Source of the DNA: an archaeon
Lineage (GTDB): Archaea > Thermoproteota > QMWL01
Direction of reading: 5' to 3'
NCBI GenBank assembly: GCA_003661605.2
Contig: QMWL02000031.1
Coordinates: forward strand, 1 to 7,944
Length of the DNA: 7,944 nt
Positions 1 to 6,536 of this stretch are shown here, piece after piece. The translations under genes were made by a program, and so were the position numbers. Position 1 is the stretch's first letter; each line of letters opens with the position of its first letter. The notes under the pieces were generated by a model, which was given only the letters and a program-made list of their open reading frames with translations, ran no database searches and was not told the DNA's origin.

Positions 1-189
1 CATAAGGAGCTGTCCGACTACATGAGCAAATGGGCGGAAGAAAAACCTTCGCGAAGTAAGATACTCGGCGAAGCGCTCTCAGTTCTCGAAACAAAGTTCT
101 CCGGTAAAACTCTCCTCGTGGAAGCACGTCCTCACAAAATCAACGATGTGTATGGAGTCGTAATAACAAGGATTGTAGAAGTTAGTTAA
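1..189 (+). CDS. Hypothetical protein, C-terminal fragment (the gene start lies upstream of the window)
   Basis: Frame +1 is open from nt 1 to TAA at 187-189. Translation: HKELSDYMSKWAEEKPSRSKILGEALSVLETKFSGKTLLVEARPHKINDVYGVVITRIVEVS*. It is absent from the ORF track because it has no start in the window. The segment KPSRSKILGEALSVLE weakly resembles the second helix of ribbon-helix-helix (CopG/Arc-like) domains, but this is only a motif-level impression. It is convergent with iorB, with a 3-nt gap. Confidence 0.45.
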   Translation, partial: HKELSDYMSKWAEEKPSRSKILGEALSVLETKFSGKTLLVEARPHKINDVYGVVITRIVEVS

Positions 190-192
190 ACG

Positions 193-792
193 CTAGCGAA
201 CCTCCACCTCCTCGCGCGCAAGTCCTGCGTGAAGGGCTCGCAAGTTTACTTCCAGGAATCTCGGAGGCGACACTACTCTCAAAGCACCCTCTACATCCTC
301 AACGGAGATCGGTAGTATACCTAGCGACAAAAGCACTCCCGCAACGAAAACATTCGTAGCTCGCGGGCTTGCCACCCGCGTAGCTGTTTTTGTAAAATTC
401 CCAATAGCTAATTTACCAACCCTTTGCTTCAAGATGGGATATATTTGGCTAAGTGCTGGAACGTCTTCACCTAGGAGTGCTGCCAGAGGTCGTATTACGT
501 CTAAGTTTAAAATCAAAACTCCATCTCTTTTTAATTTATGTAATTGGCGTAGTCCCTCTATATACTCTAATGCAACTAGAATATCATAGTCACCGTGACT
601 GGCGGGTGCGTGAACTCTTGTTCCATAACGCAGTTCGACGAGAACGCTTCCTCCTCTTTGTGCCATGCCGTGAATTTCTGCTACGCGGACATCTAACCCC
701 CTTCTCATAAACGCATTTGCTAGGAGTTGCCCAAGGAATAGGATACCCTGGCCGCCAACGCCGCATAGACCGATATTTCTTACAGCACTCAT
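193..792 (-). CDS. iorB: Indolepyruvate:ferredoxin oxidoreductase, beta subunit (2-oxoacid:ferredoxin oxidoreductase gamma-like domain)
   Basis: 199-aa ORF with an ATG start. The N-terminus NIGLCGVGGQGILFLGQLLANA...EIHGMAQRGGSV is the typical Gly-rich signature of the POR-gamma/IorB family. The size fits IorB (about 190-200 aa). Its ATG overlaps the stop of the upstream iorA (ATGA at 789-792), which indicates an iorAB operon. Confidence 0.9.
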   Translation of the reverse strand: MSAVRNIGLCGVGGQGILFLGQLLANAFMRRGLDVRVAEIHGMAQRGGSVLVELRYGTRVHAPASHGDYDILVALEYIEGLRQLHKLKRDGVLILNLDVIRPLAALLGEDVPALSQIYPILKQRVGKLAIGNFTKTATRVASPRATNVFVAGVLLSLGILPISVEDVEGALRVVSPPRFLEVNLRALHAGLAREEVEVR

Positions 793-2606
793 GTCTTCAC
801 TATAGCTTTACTTGGACATACTTGCGCGCACACACCACACCCTGCGCATAGCTCCCTTCTGATTACAACACTTCCATCGACCAGCTGAATTGCAGGGCAT
901 CCTAGCAACCTAATGCAACTCATGCACTTTGTACACTTTTCCTGATCTATGCGGTAAATGGTTCTCGGCTTTTCCCGCTCCAGCAGAACACATCGCCGGC
1001 GAAAGATTACACAAGTAACTTCGTCTCTCTCCCACAAACTTCGAACCGCTTTCTCAGCCTCCTTCAAATTATACGGATCAACGACTTTGACATTACGGAC
1101 CCCACAGCCCCTCACAACGTCCTCTAGTAGCACGCGAACGCCGCGATCCCCCAAACCGCGTATACCTGTGCCTGGATGTGGTTGATGACCTGTCATTGCG
1201 GTTGTTCCATTGTCAAGAATAACAATCATTATATTATGTTTATTATACACCGCATTCACAGTACCAGGTAACCCTGCATGAAAGTACGTTGAGTCCCCTA
1301 TTACAGCTGCAACACGCTGTCCAGTAGCTACGGCAATTCCGCAGGCGATTCCGATGCTAGCTCCCATGCACACTAGGACATCTCCCAGTTCCAATGGGGG
1401 CAGTACTTGAAGCGCATAGCATCCGATGTCTGTTGTTGCTACCGCATCTCCGATAACACGTTTTAGTACAAGTGCGCTTGCTCGATGGGGACATCCTGGG
1501 CACAGTACTGGTGGACGTTTAGGTACCTTGATAGGAAGTAATTGTTTACTTTCTTCAACTTTTTTACCCAATTTATGAGCGATATTTTTCAAAAGAGTGG
1601 GTATTGATAATTCCCCGCAGCGAGGCAGTAGGTTCTTTCCATGTACTACGATCCGATCTTGGTGCTCAGCTATAACTTGTTTAACGATGCGTTCTAGGTA
1701 AGGCTCCAACTCCTCTATCACAATAACTTCTTCAAACCTCTTGATGAAATCCCATATCAGCTGTACAGGTGGCGGGTATATGAAGCCCAGCTTTAGAATA
1801 GCAATATCCTCGCCCAACTGTTTAATTGCATCTGCGACATACCCGTAGGATACTCCTGATGTTACTATGCAAACCTTACTATCTGTTATATGTACCTTAT
1901 TAATGGGTGCGTTTTCTGCTATTTGCTGTGCCTCCTCGAGCTTTTGCAGAAGCACTTTATGTCGCGTACGTGCGTGAGCAGGTATCATAACAAATCGCGC
2001 TCTATCTCGTACGAAGCCCTTCGCTCGCCGTTCTTTTATTGGTCCGAAAACAACGGGCCCCCTCGTATGGCTAATACGCGTAGTCGTGCGAAGCATCACC
2101 GGGAGCTCCAGTTTCTCTGACAGCTCGAAGGCATACAGTGTGAAGTCTTTCGCTTCCTGAGGGTCGCTCGGCTCGATGCAGGGTATGCTAAAGAGTGGCG
2201 CATATAACCTATTGTCTTGCTCATTCTGCGAAGACCACGCATTTGGATCATCTGCACTAACGACAACAAAAGCGCCTCGTATACCAACATACGCAAGTGT
2301 GGCTAGCGTATCTGCTGCTACATTCACTCCCACATGTTTCATCGTAGTAACCGCACGCGCTCCTGCAATTGCAGCTCCGCCTGCTACCTCAACAGCAACC
2401 TTTTCGTTAGTTGAATACTCCATATAGAAACCGCCTTTAGAGGCCAGTTGCGATAGTGTGTCCGCTATCTCTGAGGACGGTGTCCCTGGGTACGCTGTGA
2501 CAACATCTACTCCTCCTTCTATACAACCACGCGCAATAGCCTCATTGCCTAAGAGAAGGTACCGCTCCCCTTCCCTTCCATACAGTATGTGGTCGAACTT
2601 GCTCAA
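789..2606 (-). CDS. iorA: Indolepyruvate:ferredoxin oxidoreductase, alpha subunit (TPP-binding, with a C-terminal 2x[4Fe-4S] ferredoxin domain)
   Basis: 605-aa ORF with a TTG start at 2604-2606. The N-terminus LLLGNEAIARGCIEGGVDVVTAYPGTPSSEI matches the IorA/POR-alpha pyrimidine-binding domain. GDSTYFHAGLPG is the TPP-binding motif. The C-terminus has two Cys clusters, CTKCMSCIRLLGCP and CAGCGVCAQVCP. There is a 4-nt overlap with iorB. Confidence 0.93.
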   Translation of the reverse strand: MSKFDHILYGREGERYLLLGNEAIARGCIEGGVDVVTAYPGTPSSEIADTLSQLASKGGFYMEYSTNEKVAVEVAGGAAIAGARAVTTMKHVGVNVAADTLATLAYVGIRGAFVVVSADDPNAWSSQNEQDNRLYAPLFSIPCIEPSDPQEAKDFTLYAFELSEKLELPVMLRTTTRISHTRGPVVFGPIKERRAKGFVRDRARFVMIPAHARTRHKVLLQKLEEAQQIAENAPINKVHITDSKVCIVTSGVSYGYVADAIKQLGEDIAILKLGFIYPPPVQLIWDFIKRFEEVIVIEELEPYLERIVKQVIAEHQDRIVVHGKNLLPRCGELSIPTLLKNIAHKLGKKVEESKQLLPIKVPKRPPVLCPGCPHRASALVLKRVIGDAVATTDIGCYALQVLPPLELGDVLVCMGASIGIACGIAVATGQRVAAVIGDSTYFHAGLPGTVNAVYNKHNIMIVILDNGTTAMTGHQPHPGTGIRGLGDRGVRVLLEDVVRGCGVRNVKVVDPYNLKEAEKAVRSLWERDEVTCVIFRRRCVLLEREKPRTIYRIDQEKCTKCMSCIRLLGCPAIQLVDGSVVIRRELCAGCGVCAQVCPSKAIVKT

Positions 2607-2625
2607 ACGCCGACCTTTCTCTAAC

Positions 2626-2636
2626 GCTTATTTCAC
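2626..2636. promoter_or_regulatory. Candidate shared (bidirectional) TATA-like element between iorA and trpB2
   Basis: The divergent intergenic region is only 44 bp (2607-2650). Its only A/T-rich element is GCTTATTTCAC (GTGAAATAAGC on the other strand). It is centred about 24 nt from the iorA TTG (2606) and about 21-24 nt from the trpB2 GTG/ATG (2651/2654). This spacing fits archaeal TATA-to-TSS distances for leaderless transcripts. It rests on position and composition only. Confidence 0.3.
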
Positions 2637-2650
2637 TATCCCTGTGGGTC

Positions 2651-3976
2651 GTGATGACCCCAAAAGCAGAAGATGTGATAGTTCTATCTCCTGATGAGTT
2701 TCCCCGCTACTGGTATAACATCCTCCCAGACCTCCCGGAATCTCTGCCTCCTCCCCAAAATCCTCCTACTGGTGGAGACCGTATAGCGGAGCTTCAGCAG
2801 ATAATGATACCTGAGTGCCTTCGTATGGAGTTCTCAGATAATCGCTGGATACCAATTCCTGACGAATTAAGGGAGGTATACATACGCATAGGGCGCCCAC
2901 GCCCCCTCATGCGGTGCCGTCGGCTCGAACGATATTTGAAAACACCTGCGAAGCTATATGTAAAGAGGGAAGACATGGGTAGTCCCACGGGATCTCATAA
3001 GATCAATACCGCTCTTGCTCAGGCATTTTTTGCGGCAAAAGCCGGATTTGAAGGTCTTGTTACAGAAACTGGTGCTGGGCAGTGGGGAAGTGCTCTCGCT
3101 TACGCCACCGCTTTATTCGATCTCCGCTGCGTCATATTCTGGGTACGCTTTGCCTACAACTGGAAACCTGGGCGAAGAATCTTCATGCAGCTATATAGAG
3201 GAGAGGTCCATGCATCTCCAAGTCCTATAACAGAAGTCGGTCGAAAGCTCCTAGAGAAGGATCCCAATCATCCGGGCTCTTTATCTATAGCAATCTCAGA
3301 GGGTTTAGAGTATGCAAGAGTGCACGACGAGTTTCGCTACGCATTGGGTAGTGTTCTCAATCATGTCTTACTACACCAAACTATCATAGGCCTAGAGACT
3401 CTCCTTCAGTGCGAGAAAGCGGGCATTCAGCCAGATATCATGATAAGCAGCCTAGGTGGTGGTAGCAACTTTGGCGGGTTTGTTCTGCCTGCTATAGGTG
3501 AGGTGTTGAAAGGAAAGCGGCAGTGCGAGTTTCTTGCCGCACAGTCCCTCGCAGCCCCCAACCTCGTTAAAGGCGAGTATCGATACGACTATGCCGATGC
3601 AGCGGGCACCACCCCTCTTCTGAAAATGTATACGCTCGGTCATGATACTGAAATGCCTGTCATACGCGCAGAAGGCTTACGCTATCACGCTGCTGCGCCG
3701 ATAATTAGCTATTTACGGTATAAAGGCATCGTACGTGCAGTAGCGTATGCTATAGATGAAAAAGAAGTGTTCGAGGCTGCACGCATTCTCGCACAAACCG
3801 AGGGAATTACCCCTGCTCCAGAATCTGCATACTCTGCAAAAGCTGCCATAGATGAAGCACTTCGATGTAGAGAGTCAGGGGAGGAGAAGGTGATTCTCTT
3901 CAGCATCTCAGGCCACGGCTTTTTGGACCTTGACGCCTACGCTGAGAAACTGTTCAAGGAAGAGCTTCGGCGATAG
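2651..3976 (+). CDS. trpB2: TrpB2-type tryptophan synthase beta-subunit paralog (PLP-dependent), stand-alone with no trpA or other trp gene in the window
   Basis: 441-aa ORF. The N-terminus EFPRYWYNILPDLPESLPPP is typical of the N-terminal extension of TrpB2. SPTGSHKINTA contains the PLP-binding Lys. SSLGGGSNFGG is the PLP phosphate loop. ETGAGQWGSALA is also conserved. The length (about 440 aa) fits TrpB2 rather than TrpB1 (about 390-400 aa). The start is a tandem GTG(2651)-ATG(2654), so the true start may be 2654. Confidence 0.9.
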   Translation: MMTPKAEDVIVLSPDEFPRYWYNILPDLPESLPPPQNPPTGGDRIAELQQIMIPECLRMEFSDNRWIPIPDELREVYIRIGRPRPLMRCRRLERYLKTPAKLYVKREDMGSPTGSHKINTALAQAFFAAKAGFEGLVTETGAGQWGSALAYATALFDLRCVIFWVRFAYNWKPGRRIFMQLYRGEVHASPSPITEVGRKLLEKDPNHPGSLSIAISEGLEYARVHDEFRYALGSVLNHVLLHQTIIGLETLLQCEKAGIQPDIMISSLGGGSNFGGFVLPAIGEVLKGKRQCEFLAAQSLAAPNLVKGEYRYDYADAAGTTPLLKMYTLGHDTEMPVIRAEGLRYHAAAPIISYLRYKGIVRAVAYAIDEKEVFEAARILAQTEGITPAPESAYSAKAAIDEALRCRESGEEKVILFSISGHGFLDLDAYAEKLFKEELRR

Positions 3977-3979
3977 CGC

Positions 3980-4342
3980 TTAGGTAAGCCACTCAAGAAG
4001 GCACATTACTAGCCTGTTTTCTTGCTCGACGACGACCTGGAAACTTCCGAGGACCCAAGCTACCTTCACTGCGTGTAAGTGGTAGCAGTAACATTTCTCG
4101 CCAGATAGCACTCTGAAAAAGGAGTCCGGGCATGTACAAACGCCTTCATCTGGCTCTACAATGTACTCCTTCTCCTTACCTACAACTACCCAAATACCGT
4201 CTCTCAGCTGCTTTCCGAAGAAATAGTGTTTAACCCGCCCATAGACTGCTGCTACCACTCCGCTTAAGGAAGTAGGATCTCGGACTGCTTGCTGCCATAG
4301 TGCCGTAAGCTCCCTATATACCGCGCGAGAGGACTGTAGCAC
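3980..4342 (-). CDS. Small SWIM-type zinc-finger protein (archaeal COG5431-like, predicted nucleic-acid/protein binding)
   Basis: 120-aa ORF with a GTG start at 4340-4342. The CxC...CxH signature is visible as C69-T-C71 ... C86-Y-H88 (VCTCPDSFFRVLSGEKCYCYHLHAV, nt about 4073-4138). The size is typical of the stand-alone archaeal SWIM proteins. It is convergent with trpB2 (3-nt gap) and divergent from the phosphoesterase (12-nt gap). Confidence 0.7.
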   Translation of the reverse strand: MLQSSRAVYRELTALWQQAVRDPTSLSGVVAAVYGRVKHYFFGKQLRDGIWVVVGKEKEYIVEPDEGVCTCPDSFFRVLSGEKCYCYHLHAVKVAWVLGSFQVVVEQENRLVMCLLEWLT

Positions 4343-4354
4343 GTTATGCTTTAG

Positions 4355-5161
4355 TTGATCTTAATTGATAACACTGCCGCCTTGCGTTTAGCCATACAGT
4401 ACCCCTATCCCGCGCTTCTCATCGATATTGGAAAGCGCAGGTATCTGGTTATTGCAGACTTGCATATAGGCTTCGAGTACGAACTAGCAAAGTATGGTGT
4501 GAAACTACCAGTTCAATATAATAAGTTATTGAGTAACATCGGGAATCTACTCGATCAAACGAAGCCAACGCACTTTGTAATTCTTGGTGATGTAAAACAT
4601 AGCGTATCAGGTATCGCCCCTATCGAGATATCTGGATTAGTGGATATACTGCAATTTCTATCAGAACGTGTAGACCGTGTGATAATAGTTCCCGGTAATC
4701 ACGATGGTAGCCTTGATCAGCTCGTTTACTCACTCAGATTAGAGAATGTGACAATTGCGTCTCGTCGAGGGTCCGTTATCCGCGGCACTTCTATAGGAAT
4801 TTTTCACGGCCATATTCGACCCGCATCTCACGTCTTTAGACGCGATACTCTTGTTATGGCACACATCCACCCCGTAATTGTAATCAGAAGCACATTCGGA
4901 TATGTTATGCGCGTACCTGTTTGGGTTAAAGCGCGGCTTCCTAAATCTCGACGTAAACTACTCATCCTCCCTGCTTTCAACGAACTTGTCGGAGGTGTTT
5001 CCATCGATAGGGTTCTCTCTAGTGGATCAAGCTTGCGAATCCCAATAGCGATCGACATAAAATCTGTAGAACTTTACACAACAGAGGGTGATTTTCTAGG
5101 ATCCTTGCAATGGTTGAGGGATAAGGGCTTAGTAGGCAGTGCGTACTTGTCGCAAGCTTGA
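4355..5161 (+). CDS. Calcineurin-like metallophosphoesterase, archaeal MJ0037 / SbcD-Mre11-related family (COG1407-like)
   Basis: 268-aa ORF. All five metallophosphoesterase motifs appear in order: IADLH (DxH), ILGDVKH (GDxxH), VPGNHD (GNHD), FHGH, AHIHP (GHxH-like). The length and the roughly 30-aa N-terminal lead-in match the MJ0037 family. The start is ambiguous: TTG at 4355 (longest) or the in-frame TTG at 4382. Confidence 0.85.
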   Translation: MILIDNTAALRLAIQYPYPALLIDIGKRRYLVIADLHIGFEYELAKYGVKLPVQYNKLLSNIGNLLDQTKPTHFVILGDVKHSVSGIAPIEISGLVDILQFLSERVDRVIIVPGNHDGSLDQLVYSLRLENVTIASRRGSVIRGTSIGIFHGHIRPASHVFRRDTLVMAHIHPVIVIRSTFGYVMRVPVWVKARLPKSRRKLLILPAFNELVGGVSIDRVLSSGSSLRIPIAIDIKSVELYTTEGDFLGSLQWLRDKGLVGSAYLSQA

Positions 5162-6534
5162 ACGCTGATGTAGTGATAGTTGGCGCTGGACCGGCGGGGC
5201 TTTTCGCAGCCCGGGAGCTCGTCGTGCACGGATTCTCAGGAAGCATCTTGATAATCGACGAAGGTCCTGACGTTGAGGAAAGGAAGTGTCCAGAACGTTT
5301 TACGAAGATCTGTGCTAGGTGCAAGCCTTGCTTAATGGTATCTGGTGTGGGTGGAGCGGGGATTTTTTCGAGTGGGTTGCTAAATTTACACCCTCAGATA
5401 GGAGGTGATTTAGGCGAATGGCTCGACCCCGAGCAACAATGGCGTATTGTAGAATACGTCGATAGTGCTTTTGTTGAATTTGGCGCGCCGACGCGTTTAT
5501 ACGTTCCTGATCCTATTAAGTCTGCGGAACTCTCTAGAAAGGCCGCCGCGGTTGGCATGCGCTTCATACCGATTAAACAGCGGCATATAGGTACTGAAAA
5601 CTCAATCCGGGTTATCGCAAACTTTAGGGATTTTTTGAAAAATCGTGGAGTACACTTCTTGCTAAAGACACGAGTTGAGTCTTTTAATAAAGGATTTGTA
5701 GTATTAAAGGACGGGAAACGTATTGAATGCAGATATGTAATACTGGCACCCGGTAGATCTGGTGCTGATTGGCTTGCCCGAGAGTGTAAGCGTCTTGGCA
5801 TTCAAACGCGGTTTGAACCCATCGACGTAGGGGTTCGTGTAGAGGTACCTTCAGTTATACTAGATCCTGTAGTCGAGGTTAGCGTAGATCCTAAGTTCCA
5901 CATCTATACCAAGACTTACCGCGACTTCGTTCGTACTTTCTGTGTAAATCATCGAGGGTTTGTCGTTAGAGAGGTATACAACAACTATGTGGGCGTTAAT
6001 GGACACACTTTTGAATCGGTAAAATCTGAGAACTCGAATTTTGCGTTCCTCGTTCGAGTAGCGCTTACAGAACCTGTGGAAAACACTCTCGCCTACGGAG
6101 ACGCCATCGCTAAGCAAGCTGCTACCATAGGCGGTGGAAAGCCCATCCTACAGACACTAGGAGATCTTCGTAGAGGACGCCGCTCTACGTGGGGTCGTAT
6201 CAGAATGGGCTTAGTGCGCCCAACCCTTACTGATGTTACTCCTGGTGATATAGGGATGGCGCTCCCTCACCGGATCGTCATAGATATCATAGAGGGACTA
6301 GAAAGCCTTGATAACGTAATACCTGGAGTCGCTTCCGACTCTACGCTCCTTTACGCTCCTGAGATAAAATTCTCCGCCCTACGTGTTGAAGTCGACAAGT
6401 ATATGGAGCCCTCCATAGAAAACATCTTCGTAGCAGGCGACGGTGCTGGTCTCTCAAGGGGGATAGTTGTTGCAGCAGCCACTGGTGTGCTTGCTGCTCG
6501 AGGAATACTGCGTAAAGAGGGGCTCATTAACTAG
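5158..6534 (+). CDS. FAD-dependent oxidoreductase of the uncharacterised COG2509 type (NAD(FAD)-utilising dehydrogenase-like)
   Basis: 458-aa ORF. It has an N-terminal Rossmann dinucleotide motif, DVVIVGAGPAGLFAAREL...IIDEG. GVGGAGIFSSGLLN matches the GxGGAGxFSDGKL-type second motif. The C-terminal NIFVAGDGAGLSRGIVVAAATGVLAARGI is an FAD-ribityl motif. The TTG start overlaps the phosphoesterase stop (TTGA, 5158-5161). A C-x7-C-x2-C-x2-C cluster lies at residues 44-58. Confidence 0.85.
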   Translation: MNADVVIVGAGPAGLFAARELVVHGFSGSILIIDEGPDVEERKCPERFTKICARCKPCLMVSGVGGAGIFSSGLLNLHPQIGGDLGEWLDPEQQWRIVEYVDSAFVEFGAPTRLYVPDPIKSAELSRKAAAVGMRFIPIKQRHIGTENSIRVIANFRDFLKNRGVHFLLKTRVESFNKGFVVLKDGKRIECRYVILAPGRSGADWLARECKRLGIQTRFEPIDVGVRVEVPSVILDPVVEVSVDPKFHIYTKTYRDFVRTFCVNHRGFVVREVYNNYVGVNGHTFESVKSENSNFAFLVRVALTEPVENTLAYGDAIAKQAATIGGGKPILQTLGDLRRGRRSTWGRIRMGLVRPTLTDVTPGDIGMALPHRIVIDIIEGLESLDNVIPGVASDSTLLYAPEIKFSALRVEVDKYMEPSIENIFVAGDGAGLSRGIVVAAATGVLAARGILRKEGLIN

Positions 6535-6536
6535 CA

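Noticed and set aside
2607-2650. Possible Trp-responsive leader peptide or attenuator upstream of trpB2
   Set aside because: The spacer is only 44 bp. It has no ORF, no Trp codons and no terminator/antiterminator stems. Attenuation of this kind is bacterial, not archaeal.
453-2694. Six short + or - strand ORFs overlapping iorB/iorA (453-710, 958-1185, 1890-2120, 2096-2296, 2176-2427, 2458-2694)
   Set aside because: All are antisense to or out of frame with two CDSs that have strong family signatures. Their Ser/Arg/Thr-rich translations are typical of shadow frames.
2794-3906. Short ORFs inside trpB2 (2794-2988 -, 3015-3230 +, 3452-3643 -, 3709-3906 -)
   Set aside because: They are shadow ORFs within a well-supported PLP-enzyme gene and have no motifs.
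4828-6117. Antisense ORFs in the phosphoesterase/FAD genes, including a 135-aa ORF (5394-5801 -) and a 101-aa ORF spanning the gene junction (5019-5324 -)
   Set aside because: I see no recognisable domain. The composition is Ser/Pro/Arg-rich. They are fully embedded antisense in CDSs with clear motifs. The 135-aa length is not unusual for a shadow frame in roughly 50% GC DNA.
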